Source of the DNA: Felis catus
Lineage: Eukaryota
Reading direction: 5' to 3'
DNA length: 64,000 nt
NCBI RefSeq assembly: GCF_018350175.1
Contig: NC_058368.1
Span: 165,108,001-165,172,000, forward strand
The notes under the pieces are model-generated. The model saw only the letters and a list, made by a program, of their open reading frames with translations, made no database searches and was not told the origin of the DNA. Below are positions 1 through 12,785 of the stretch, in pieces; within the stretch, counting starts at the first letter, position 1; the number at the start of each line of letters is the position of its first letter. Made by a program: the position numbers and the translations under genes.

Positions 1-2524
1 TCTATTTTGAAGAGTAATTGTGCACAATATAGTTCTCTTGAAGAAGAGGAAGCTTAGGGAAAATGAACTTAAAATTGACAGGAGAGCAAAAGGGGCTCAA
101 AGCAAAAACAAACAAACAAACAAAAAAACAAAACACTAGACTTCATCAAATGAAGTTATGAAGAGAAAAATAGAACAAGATCTTATACATTAAATTAAAT
201 TTTTCAGAAGCTAGAACCAGCAATTATTTTGACTAAAATCATGGTTTAGGGCTACAAAGCACTTTATTTTAGGAATCTTATTGTGAAAGAAATTCATAGT
301 CTAAGCAAGTCACAGTTTTGTGTTAGAATACCTACTTTATGTTCCAATTGTGTTCTATAAACATTTAAATGTGCTTTAATGAATTATGGGCATTATTCTC
401 TTTCAAAATGATGTACATTGTTTTAAAAGGTTTTTCTAAAAACCTCTGAATGTATTTGCTACAGTAAAAGTATTCTTTTAGTCAACAGAAAGGCCGAATT
501 TGAATTTCCATTGAGAATATTGCAGTGACAGTGAAGTATTTGGTGGATACAGTCATCACATGGCAATGCGTACATGATTCTGATATGGGTCTTTGGTGCA
601 CCATGAAGATAAATAGCCAAGAAAGTTATGAGAAAGGGAATAGCCAGAGTATAGAGTTAAAAGAAATGTTCAAAGACTATGGGTTGGTGATTTATTGTTT
701 TAATAACACTTGATGATTTGTCAAAATCTTTTAAAGGGCACTTATCTTCTTTCATAGAATATGACAGATTGCAACCATGAAATTCTGTACTTCCAAAAAT
801 GCACAGAATTCCCACTGATACCCTTGATCTAATGGCAGTTTTTCACAGAAAGAGAGTTCTATTTCCCAAGGCCTATATATACCCTGATGTCCATACCTCC
901 ACAGAGTAATCAATCTATAACATCACTATTAGCTGAGCAGAGATTCACAAGAGACTCACATGCCCTATGTATGTGAATTGATCATATTAATATATGTTTT
1001 CTTCATTTAAATATATTCTCTCATTTGTGTAACAGACATATAGCAATGGTTTATATTGCACATATTCTCTCTTCTATATACAGTGCATTCCTATTTACAT
1101 TCTATACAGATTTTAGCCTTCAGAGGTGCATATGAAAAGTATATAACACTGTATTGCATGCATTTCTTAACCACTTATGAGTAGGTCCTCTTATTTTATT
1201 GCCATGAAGTCTTGGTATAGTGTCTTCTTTCTCAACTTTCCAGTCTCACTTAATAGTGCATTCTTATCAGCAAATACACACACAGACAGTGACATTAAAA
1301 TAAACAAACCAAATACTATCCTTAATCCTGGACACTTCCCACCCAGGCATCTATTCCCCACATTCACACACTCATACTCCCAGTACCAAGGTTTTGCTCT
1401 GTTTTCCTCATCTCTCATATACTCCTTGAATTTTGAGGTCTGACTTTTGTACCATCTCTAAAGCCCCTCACACACTCTTGTATAACTTGTGTTCCAGTTC
1501 CATCAAACACCTAGGTTTTCTTACATTTGCTGCGTAAATCCCTGCTCTTTGCTTCTGTACTGTTTATTGCTTCTGTACTGTAGAAGAAGTAGTTTTCTCT
1601 GTGTCTTTCCCCCCAGCCCCGGTTTGAAACAGAACAGTAATCATCCTTCAAAGCAAATTTCACTTCACATTCCACTGTGCTGTACAATGTATTCCAGATC
1701 CTTGGTATAGTTATTTCTATGGTAAATAATTTTCTATTCTCTGTTCAAACACTGTAGTGCCTGTAGAATGAAACAACAAAAGCATATATATATAAATTTC
1801 AGATATTTTTGGAAAATAAGTTGTATTTCTTAATTAATAAATACATAAATAAAAGAAGTTTACTGTGGCAGCTAACATTTTAAGGCTCAAAAGTGTTATA
1901 TATGTGATATATAGAATGTACATGTTCATAGAGTGTATATATGCAAGTATGTAAATACATATATAATTAATTACAAAATAAATACCCAAACTTTGGTATA
2001 ATACATCTCAAAAAGTGATAGTCAAATTATTAAAAAGGATTTAAAAGGCATCAAATTTGAAAATATCATATTTGTTAAGGAATGATGAACTAGTTGAATT
2101 CTACATCATTTATTAGGGAGAAGCTGAAGTAAACATAAGAGGAAAATAAAACAGAAAATCCCTGTTTTTGTCAAAAAATTCATTAGCAAGTTGATTTTTA
2201 TTTTAAGATTGGAGATGTGCATTCAAATCCATATATGCTGTCTCTATTTTAGTTTTTAAAATTTATATGATTGATGTTATTGAAATAAAACTTAAATGAC
2301 TCATTTTGGAAAAATATTTTAAAATCCAATCTCCCAGTCCTTAATCTCACTGATTAATGCATATTCCATTTTGGGGGGCTTAGATTAGTCTCATCTTTCC
2401 AGGAATTTTATAATCTAATTAAAGGAAGCACATGATGAACTAATTTTTTATCAATAATTAATCTATAATGAGTCAAGTAGGTGCATCATTCATAGATAAA
2501 TTTTTAATTAATTAGTTAATTAAT

Positions 2525-2728
2525 TAATTTTTTATAATCTGAGTATGGTTGATATACAATGTTACATTAGTTTCAGGTGTACAATATAGTGATTCAACAA
2601 ATTCATATTTTATGCTATGCTCCCTGTAAGTGCAGCTACCATGTGTCCTGGTACAATATCATTTACTGTATTCCTTCTGCTGTGCCTTTTATTCCTGTGA
2701 CTTATTCATTCCATAACCAGAAGCCTGC
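2525..2728 (-). mobile_element. LINE-1 3' end fragment (L1MA9/L1_Carn-like)
   Basis: T-rich start then 'tacaatgttacattagtttcaggtgtacaatatagtgattcaacaa', typical of the antisense 3' UTR of L1MA9/old carnivore L1. Confidence 0.7.
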
Positions 2729-3088
2729 AGATAGATGAGCTTTTAATTCCTGAAATGTGTATCCACTACTGAGTATACAGTATAGACCCATAGTTTATAT
2801 GGGGGTATATTATTTATGACTTGCTGTTGATCATGTGAGAGTGAAAATAAATCAATTAAAAATATAGAACTTACTTTCTACTCATCAGAGGAGAGTTTTG
2901 AGTCTTTGCTCCATATATCAAAGTCAATACACACCTATTTTGAGTAGTTCTGTAACCTGCTTTACAGTGTTATTGACATTTAATTTTCTTATAAAACAGA
3001 ATTTTTGTCTAAACTAATGCTGCACATTTATATAACCTAACTAATTGTAAGTCATGTGCTTCTTATTTTCATGCTTTTCCATATTTCT

Positions 3089-3094
3089 TTTTTT

Positions 3095-3125
<31 letters not shown>

Positions 3126-3309
3126 GGACAGAGAGAGACAGAGCATGAACGGGGGAAGGGCAGAGAGAGAGGGAGACACAGAATCAGAAACAGGCTCCAG
3201 GCTCCGAGCCATCAGCCCAGAGCCCGACGCGGGGCTCGAACTCACAGACCGCGAGATCGTGACCTGGCTGAAGTCGGACGCTTAACCGACTGCGCCACCC
3301 AGGCGCCCC
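3089..3309 (-). mobile_element. Young Can-SINE (SINEC_Fc)
   Basis: Ends 'ttaaccgactgcgccacccaggcgcccc'; CpG-rich; TSD ttttccatatttct at 3075-3088 and 3312-3325. Confidence 0.97.
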
Positions 3310-3982
3310 GGTTTTCCATATTTCTATGAAATACAAAGACAGCTAAGAATAATAATAGAAATGCTTTATTGATTTCTTACTGTACACCAAGCTTTATTTA
3401 CATGATACATATACAGAAATACACTAAGCCTCAAGTTTGTGAAATAATAATTGAAAGGAATAGCAATGAAGTTTCTAAATGATTGTTAATATATCCTAGG
3501 AAATATATGCTATTTAGCCAACATAGCATTTGATAAAACAGTAATTATATATATTTAAAAATCAGGATAATATTAGTTTGTAATATTTTGAACACTAATT
3601 GTTCGATCTGCCTGGATTGATATCCATACTTGCAAAAGATTACATGGTCTCTACCTATTTAAAATGTACCCAATATGTTTCCATCACTTGTGCCACCTCC
3701 CTGCTCCTCACAGACATTTGTCACTGTTAAACCCGTGAAAGCATACAGATTTTTGAACACCATATAACCACTCTAGCCATGCTGCCATCATGTTGCCTCA
3801 TGTGATGTGGCCCAGACAAACTCTTTGGTAAGATATAGAAAGCTCACAAGAAGGAGAATGCTCAGTTTCCTCAGGAGGTCATGTCACTGCTTTGCTATTA
3901 GAAGTATTCCTTTTATCCTTCCATTTCATCATACATTCCCCCCTTTTTTTTATACCCTAAGAAGGTATTTAATTTGTACTTT

Positions 3983-4218
3983 AAAAAATATTACATTTTT
4001 TATTGTTATTTATTTTTGAGAGAGAGAGAGACAGACAGACAGAGACAGAGTGGGAGTGGGAGAGGGGCAGAGAGACAGGGAGACACAGAATCTGCAGCAG
4101 GCTCCAGGCTTTGAGCTGTCAGCACAGAGGCTGATGCAGTGTTTGAACTCAGGAATCGTGAGATCAAGACCTTAGCCAAAGTCAGAGGCTTAACCAGACT
4201 GAGCCACCCAGGTGCCCC
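3983..4218 (-). mobile_element. Can-SINE (older SINEC_Fc2-like)
   Basis: SINE body, (GA)n tract, ends 'gagccacccaggtgcccc'; TSD taatttRtacttt at 3970-3982 and 4219-4231. Confidence 0.95.
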
Positions 4219-4764
4219 TAATTTATACTTTTTAACTTCAGCATATAAAAAATATTTTTGTTAGTTTTTAGTGAAAGGGATTGAACATGGTGAATTACTG
4301 GTTATCCAGGTTAGGTAAGGACTTGAGAAGACTCTAGGCTCTGCCTCCTAGAAAAAGCACAACCAGAACTTGCTCCTGAGGGAGCTGCACTATGGTTAGA
4401 AACCTAAAGAACCAGGAACTTGCTGCTGTAACTGCTAGCTTGTGAACCACATGGCCCTGGTTGTTACCTGAGGACCAGAAAGCTACTTCCAAAACTATTA
4501 CATCCAGGCCCACACTACTTTAGCCATAATCTTTATCAGCAAAAAGAATATCCCATGCCATGGTAGACCTTCCCAACACGAGGATCAGCTGAAGAATAGG
4601 AACATTCTCCACCCCATAAATTTCCTCTAAATCTCCTGCTGTATGTCTTTTTAGTAGGAACGGAGCCACAATCCAAATCCAAGCTAAAGAAAGCTGAGGA
4701 GTGTATTCTTTGGATTTCCAACTTGTAGCATGCAGTGACTTTTTATTTCTTCAAGTTCCTTCCA

Positions 4765-4870
4765 CTACAGTGGTCTCTAATCATCTGGGAACTAATTGGA
4801 AATGCAGAGTCTCAAGTCTCATCCCAAACCTATTGACTCACCATCTGCATTTTAACAAGATTCCCATTAG
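4765..4870. mobile_element. MER5-like hAT-Charlie remnant
   Basis: 'gaaatgcagagtctcaagtctcatcccaaacctattgactca...ctgcattttaacaagattccc' resembles the MER5A/B core. Confidence 0.6.
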
Positions 4871-5054
4871 AATTCGTAAACAGATTGAGATTGAGAAAGT
4901 AACTCATCTGCAAATGGGTTGGAAAGGATAGAGTGAGTCAGTCAGCCATGTGTATCATGCCTTAAGACCACAGATTCACATATCTGAAGAGTTTGCTGAT
5001 TTTTTTTATTAATACATTAAGATTATTTTATCTCTCTAATTATGAGTGTAATTA

Positions 5055-5585
5055 TGTGGGTCAGGACTCTGTAAATCTTACATTACAGAAACCCAGTAGA
5101 AGCTGGCTCTGGCAAAAAGATACTAAGTGTTCAATCTAGCATCAAACATGAAAGGATATTGGCTCTCAGATGACATCATCAGAAATCCTTTCCTTTTTTA
5201 TCTCAGTTGCACTTCCCTGTGTTTGTTTTTATTCTCAGGTAGTTTTCTCGAAATTGATAATCAAATAGTTGCCAGAGCTCCAGCTTGATGATCCCAGTGC
5301 AAAAGGAGATTTTTTCATTCTGAAATTTATAGTAAAATGTATAGAGCCAATTGCTCTTTTCATTTGGTAAACTGAATTTAAGTAATCTGCCCATCCCCGA
5401 GGCAGTCTTTATGGCCAGGGTGATATGATACTCATGCCCACTCATAGAATGACAAGTTAGGGTCAACCTCACATACAGAGAATTACTGATCGAGAAGAAG
5501 GGGTGGTTCTATAACCGGAAATCTGGATGCTAGTGTGGAAGATAATAATTAGCTGAGCAGTAGAAAACAATAGATACCCACTGTA
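5055..5585 (-). mobile_element. Old MaLR solo LTR (MLT1J/K-like)
   Basis: 'gtcaggactct...acagaaacccagtagaagctggctctggcaaaaag' start and 'aaaacaatagatacccactgta' end resemble antisense MLT1J-class LTRs. Confidence 0.55.
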
Positions 5586-8500
5586 GTATTTCACAGTAAT
5601 TAGTTATGGACTATTTAATAATTATGTTCTCTATTCCTTAGATAAACAATTTCATAGATTTAGGTTATATTTTGTACAGTTATCAGTCAATAGAATTTTG
5701 CATGGATGTAGATTCATGCTACAATATGGGATTTTTTAAAGTTCATTTTATATTTCTTTACAATTTGTAAGTTCCTTGGATTCTGTAAAAATGACACATG
5801 CATGACCAATTTCAGGCAGTCAGATGTCAGTTGAAAGTGGTAAGATAAATCTTTTCAGTGTAGCATTTCTTCTAGTATGTAGGACAAGAATGTTGATAAT
5901 ATGTCTTTGTTTATAATAAAATAACTCAAGACATTTTTGTACTCCTTGCGCTTACATAGTAAATATATTGTACTAGTTTTCACTTTAACAAGCAGTTAAT
6001 TCAAGATGAAAAGTTGTTTTCCCCTCTGTCTCGAATGCTGGTCAGTTTCTTATTCATAAAAAACTATGAAAAACATAAAGACTTGTAAAACTTTACACTA
6101 GGTCTGTAAAAACATCCAACACTACAGAAATCTTTTTGTCCCTTTAAAACATATTCTCTATTGCATCTTCAGTGGATAGCCCTTCTAAAGAACTATTAGA
6201 CTCTTCTTCAATGGATTCAAGCTCCTTAATGACAGATAGTGAAGAAGATTTCCCTGGAATGTAGCCTAAAGTTATTTCTATCATCTACTGTATTCTGAGT
6301 AAATAATATTTAGGTACCCGTAAGACATTTTTAGGGCTTATTTTTAAACATATTGCAATACTAGTGTGTAAAGAAATTTAAATCTGAAGTTTCAGTAGAC
6401 TTGGTATTGGAAAACTCATAGATCTGCCTACAATTTGCCAGTATGCTGAAACAAATAAGACTAGTCAAAGAAATCTTCTAAAAGAATTGATATGAACAAT
6501 CCTTTGTGTTGAGGACTTATTTCAAGAAACAATTTTAACTAAAGATATCTCCCAACTTGAATTGGGGAAACCAACACACCACACGATGACTTTAAGCCCT
6601 GACACTGTGGCAGCTGTATTTTTGTGAAGTACATTTTGTGGTACACAATAGGTTGCCTTAGCCATAAAGAGACAGGTTTTAAGAGTTTGTAAGTTAAATT
6701 AAATATATCCACAGGTTCGTGTTTATGGACAACATTTTTCTCTCTTAGGAGATCAAGCAAATACTGGTTTTTGCGATTCATGGTAATTATGTTCCATCAC
6801 TAATATTTTAGATTTCTAAATCCAAACTGTGACATATTTTGATGGCTGCTAATAATTGCAGCTGCCTTAAGATGGGGTTGCCCTAGAAATACTTTCTGTA
6901 TCTGGAGAGCCATTTATTACTTGTTTGAATTGAGATGGCAGGGAAGTAGAACTAGTGCTGTTGAGATGGCTGCAAGGCTACAGTTAGTGACCAGGGGCTC
7001 CCTACGGAAAGACAACTTGAAAGTCGTGTTGCTCTGGTTTCAGGTGCCTACCAACCTGTGCTTACACGACGTTGGCAGAAGTGTTAGATATTTTTCTCTG
7101 GCACTCTTTCCCACAGAATTGTCCTTTGCTTTCATTTGCAAGCTAATGGGATGTGTTTTCTGACATTGAGGCATCACTCACCACCCAGAGTCTCTGCTAT
7201 CTTTTGAAATCCTTTCCCTAAAAGTTCAGGGAAACTCACTTGTCTTGAATTACATCTTCCCAGAGCTATTATTAATGATCGAAGGTCGTATGTTCCAAGA
7301 TTTAGAACATAAAACTTCTAAACTACAAGCTACCTTAATGCTAAACTTGCTATCATACTCAAAATCTGTAATTTGCCATAACTCCATTTGGCAAGTATCC
7401 GCTGAATCATGAACAGCCAAAGACAGAACTTTCTGTTTGCTATAAATGTCAAGTACAGAATCTCTTCCACAAAGTCATGGTTAGAATTAAATAAGAAATT
7501 TATAGAATATTTCCATAACTTTATTGCATAACTCAAGAAAATGTCTGTAAGAAGGGAAATTGAGGCATGGCTAAAAAGATCCAAGACATGTAGGGCTACT
7601 TGAGATTATATTAAATGAGTGAATGAGTTGATATAATGTAAAAATATGATTCAAACTGTGCCTTGAACATAGAAATTTCCCTGTGAATGATAATTTTCAT
7701 TGCTGTTATTATTTATTCTCATTATTAAATTGCCATAGCCTAAAATGCCCCCAAACAGTTGTTGGACCTGTATTTTGTCTGCATTTTAATTCCCAAGTAA
7801 AAATTAGCCAATTATGAAGTTATTCACTTAACTTTCAGTAGCCTTGAACATTTTAGTCCAATCACAAGTAGAAAAAATAAGATAAAAACTTTGTTTGCAA
7901 AATAAAGCAGATGACACTTTGATTGGAATAATTTTGAAACACCTGAAAAACACTGATTGATTCTCAATGTAAATCATCTGCTGTAATCACCTAAGTAAGC
8001 AAACAGTTTGGGTCCCTAACCCTTCATTATGTTATTAAATGTCCACAGCTCCACATAATTTTGTTCCATTATTTAATTACTTTTTGAGTATACAAGTCCT
8101 TAATTATGTGAAACAAAAATACTTCTGGAAATGTTACTACTGTTTTCTTGCTAAGCTAACTGTGACATTCAGTAGCACAATCAAAATGATGTAAATTGAA
8201 GAAAATCACTGTCACTTATTCCATTTGATAAACCTCGTTTCCTTTACTTAGATTCCAAGAACTCTTTCCCCTCACTTTGTTGGCAAGTGACTTTAAAAAG
8301 TTTGCTAATTCCCTTCGCCCTTCCTGCATAACCTCTGTCTACATCAATAGCGGTGATGCAGGGACTGGTATTAAGAGAGTTCTGTAGGATTCCAGAGATT
8401 TTCAGGCACTGGTTGCCCACCTTGAATTCTGATAGTCAAACTTGAATCTTCAATTAGCAATGTATGCCAAAATGCAGTTTCAGCTTTAGTGTGGCCAGAG

Positions 8501-9937
8501 CAATACCAGAATTATATGAATAATTTCAAGATGTTATAAGATGTCCTATTGTCATTTTATTCAAGATAATTTGGACTATTATGACAAAATAGAAATAGAA
8601 GAGAAAAACATAGATACAATTCCCTCTGCTTCATTACAAAATCAGGTCAAAGCACACTCTTAAAAAACTAGGCAGAAAGAACAACAAAGTACATTATTGT
8701 TCAGTATTAAATGCCTATGTTTTGCTAGACATGGCAAAACATCACTGCTATTTGGCAATGTTTATAAGAGTCAGTGACCTGTGAAAAAAAATCATGTCCT
8801 TTTGAATTTTTTAAATAAAGGATTTTTGTCAGAACTCAACTTTCCATAATCAGGCAAGGAGGAATTTCTAGAAAATAGAAATCTAGAAAATAGAAAATTA
8901 GAACTACTAAGTTAATTTGATGGAAATTTAATGTGTGGTTGAAGTTTAAAGTAGGTATCCTATTCTAGCCTCCTTTTCCTCCTTGGAGGAATTTAGATGT
9001 TGGGCCTATATTTGATTATTTAAGAATGTAAAATCAAAATGAAGGGGAACCATTTAGATTCAAATACTATTATACTGAAGTCTTTAAACCAATTCCAAGG
9101 GCTCCTATGCTAGAGTCAGCAAAATGCTTTATGAATCTGTTACGGTAGCCTCAGTTTTTTCTAAGGAACACGTGTAATAGTTATTATCTGAAATAATATT
9201 TACCTTCTTAATTGTTTATTCATCTGTGTATGAGGAGATATTGCAAGATAATCTAAATTGAACATCTTCTTAATTGTGAAAAAATTAGAAATAAATAATA
9301 GAAATAGCATGAGTACTTGAGAGTAATGATAAGTCTGCCAGGAATTTGCATTTAGGATCTTTATTTGGATATTAATGATAACCTACTGATATACTTGCTA
9401 ATTCACTGAAGGATGATAGATGTTGTCATGTTCAAAGACAAATTCAAAGTTCTCTGAAAGGGAAAGAACAATATCGAAACGGTCCTGGACAACAAGGTGT
9501 GTGATGAGCACCTAGTGCCTTATCCAAGGTTGACAAAAATGTAATTAAATTTTAGGAAATTTGACTATTTCCTTCAGGTCTTTTATCATTCACCTTGTAT
9601 CCTAGGGAGATGATTTGAACACAGAGTGCAGGCTGAGTTAAAGAAAAACAATTTTCAGTTATGCCAGAAGGCAATTATTTAGTTTATGTACCATTATCCA
9701 GATCCTTTGATTATCCCCCTTCTTCTGGCTTTCTTCACATGTTTGTTTTAGTTTTCATGAGTATCTCTACAAAACAGAAATAGGAAATACATAATGGAAG
9801 GAAAAATATACCGGGTTATTTCTCTCTGATGGTAGATTTGGAAGTAACAGTTCGTAAAAGGATTCATCAAAAGACCTATTTATTCCTTCCAGGGTTTCCT
9901 TAGAAAGTATATGTCAGATTTTTTTTTTCTCTTTTTC

Positions 9938-9942
9938 AACAC

Positions 9943-10018
<76 letters not shown>
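9938..10018. repeat. Compound (CA)n(GA)n microsatellite
   Basis: Directly visible. Confidence 0.99.
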
Positions 10019-10021
<3 letters not shown>

Positions 10022-10467
10022 TGGAAAGAGAAATTTGTTTATTCTTTCTGTTGTCCCTCTGCAGGCTTTTACTCTCTAAGACATGGACTTGTGCTGCCAT
10101 TCCTGATTCTATTTCATCCTGCATATCCTTCCTTAACCAAGCTTCCTTAAGCATTGCACTTTAACTCTACTCTTAGAGTGACTTGCAAATATCTACTCAA
10201 TAAAATCCAAATCCTTTACATGACGTTTAATATCTTTCACATTCTACCAACACCTATCTTCTCCCTTCTCATTTTAAGTAATTCCCTGAAAATCTCTCAG
10301 ATCGTCAGACCAGGGGCTCTTCACCATCTTAGGATCATAGTGAGTCATTTGCACTTTTCACCACAGTTTGTGTGTTCCATACCACACCAGGCTATGATGC
10401 TTTCCCTTCATCTCTCTAATTATCCAAATGCTTCCTATCACTCAAGGACAAATGAAGGTCTCTCTCT

Positions 10468-11115
10468 TTGTGTTACTGGAAACCCAATTCCGAGATGAAG
10501 ATCTGTGTGCAAAAGTTTCTTGAAGCTTGCTCTGAAGAAACCCACAATGACGATGATATAAGGGAAGCAGTACTGCACAAATTAAGGAGGTAATAACAAT
10601 GGTTTTATCTGATCCCATGGAGAGTGTTGAAAAGAGTGGCCTTTGGGGCGCCTGGGTGGCGCAGTTGGTTAAGCGTCCGACTTCAGCCATGTCACGATCT
10701 CGCGGTCCGTGAGTTCGAGCCCCGCGTCAGGCTCTGGGCTGATGGCTCAGAGCCTGGAGCCTGTTTCCGTGTCTGTGTCTACCTCTCTCTCTGCCCCTTC
10801 CCCGTTCATGCGTGTCTCTCTCTGTCCCCAAAATAAATAAATGTTGAAAAAAAGAAATTAAAAAAAAAAAAAGAAAGAAAAGAGTGGCCTTTTAGACATG
10901 TGTGGAATTGAGGCAAGGGTGCAACCTTTGTACTGACATAAATCACCAGATGCAGAATGAAGTGAAGGCAAGCAAGTTTTCAAGGCAGTAGCAGTAGGTG
11001 AGGTGTAGTTCCAGGAGAGGAACTCAGCTCTGGGCTGTCAGTGGCAAACATTCTTGGTGGCTGGGATAATGAGCACCCTATTTCTGAAGGTGGACCTGAG
11101 CAGGGTTAACACTTC
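10468..11115 (-). mobile_element. ERVL solo LTR (LTR16C-like), interrupted by a SINE
   Basis: 'gagatgaagatctgtgtgca', 'ctgatcccatggagag', 'gaattgaggcaagggtgcaacctttgtac', 'ggaactcagctctgggctgtcagtggcaaacattc' follow the antisense LTR16C consensus in order. Confidence 0.65.
10645..10876 (+). mobile_element. Young Can-SINE (SINEC_Fc)
   Basis: Starts 'ggggcgcctgggtggcgcagttggttaagcgtccgac'; A-tail; perfect TSD gaaaagagtggccttt at 10629-10644 and 10877-10892. Confidence 0.98.
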
Positions 11116-12234
11116 CACTCTGGTTTTCCTTAATTTTTTTTTTTTTTACCTTGACAGCTCTAGAAAATTACAATGAACTTAAACTTATTTTTGTATTTAT
11201 TTCATATTTGTTAGACTAGTCTCATCCACAGAATCTCAGACTGCTGAGAAAACATCTTTCCTAGCCTCTAGTGCCATCCTGAACTTAGGCACTCTTAATA
11301 CTAGTATAGATGTTTTATATTTTCCGCTCAAACTTCTAGCCTTGATATGTATTAATTTAACGGAATAGAATTATCAAAAGGGAATGTATTTATCAAGATA
11401 TATAATGTTTCAGACTCATCTATGCACTGTATTCTATCTGTATGAAATGTCCTTTGTACTGAACAGAAATCTTGAATACAGGTCTGTAGTGGGGCTGGGA
11501 TATATATAAAAATTTCAGTGTAATACATGAAAACAAAGATGTTTGTCTCTGGCATAAAAATTTCCTACATTTTATTTGAAAGGTAAAAAAAAAAGTTAAA
11601 ATTTTAATTTAATTTTAATTCTGCCTTTAAGAAAGGCAGAATGTGGGAAAATGGTTCCACTTACATAAATGGATTAGGAAAAAGCTTAGGGCAGAAAGCC
11701 TCCACCAGGAAGCAAAGCACCTGAGGTTAGCTAGCCAGATATTTTAATGGGATCACAAGTAACTGGTTATATCACCTACAGGAAATTACTTTCCATCTGG
11801 TGCCAACGTACCTTGATCACAAACACCACATGCCCCTCAGACCATTTGCTTCTTACACACACAAGTTAATGATTACAGTCTAATTGTTTTCTCCATGTTC
11901 ATCTGTGTAAGATCTTATTTTCTTCACATTCATCATGTGGGTAATATCTTGTGAGCTCAATAAATACAGAGAAGAAACCCCTGTTCGGAGTTCTTGTCTC
12001 CACCTGGACATAGCCTCTCTTGTATTCAATTCTGTGTCTGGTCTCTTGCTGGACAAGAGAGAACTCCAGACTTCTAGTCTGTGACAGCAGAAAAGTGATG
12101 ATGTTAAATGGGAATAATGGCAATGTCCCTGCTATGAATTTCATCTATCATTTTTTCGTAATAGTGAGTCTTCAAAGAGTACCATTTTGAAAATTGTAAT
12201 GTTTCTACATTTAGTATTTAGATGGCTGGATTTA

Positions 12235-12445
12235 TTTTTTTTCAACGTTTATTTATTTTTGGGACAGAGAGAGACAGAGCATGAACGGGCGAGGGACAGA
12301 GAGAGAGGGAGACACAGAATCGGAAACAGGCTTCAGGCTCTGAGCCATCAGCCCAGAGCCCAACGCGGGGCTCGAACTCACGGACCGCGAGATCGTGACC
12401 TGGCTGAAGTCGGACGCTTAACAGACTGCGCCACCCAGGCGCCCC
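12235..12445 (-). mobile_element. Young Can-SINE (SINEC_Fc)
   Basis: Near-consensus body; perfect TSD tagatggctggattta at 12219-12234 and 12446-12461. Confidence 0.98.
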
Positions 12446-12538
12446 TAGATGGCTGGATTTAAATGACAACAATATTACTGTTATATAAACATGGGGGCTT
12501 TAAAGGGCTTCAGTTAGAAAAAGGGCAGAAAATTTTCA

Positions 12539-12732
12539 GGGGTGCCTGGGTGGCTCAGTCAAGTTAAGCATCTGACTTCAGCTCAGGTCATAATCTCACG
12601 GTTTGGTTCATGGCTAGGAGCTCCATATCGAACTCTGCGCTGAAAGCTCAGAGTCTGGAGCCTGCTTCTGATTCTGTGTCTCCCTCTCTCTCTCTCTCTG
12701 CCCCTCCTCCATTTGCACTCTGTCTCTGTCTC

Positions 12733-12775
<43 letters not shown>

Positions 12776-12785
12776 AACATTTAAA
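12539..12785 (+). mobile_element. Can-SINE with expanded (AAAT)n tail
   Basis: Starts 'ggggtgcctgggtggctcagtc'; (AAAT)n at ~12734-12776; TSD core agaaaaagggcagaa at 12516-12530 and 12786-12800. Confidence 0.96.

Noticed and set aside
10645..10730. tRNA-like A and B boxes
   Set aside because: tRNA-derived heads of Can-SINEs, followed by a CT tract and A-tail; not tRNA genes
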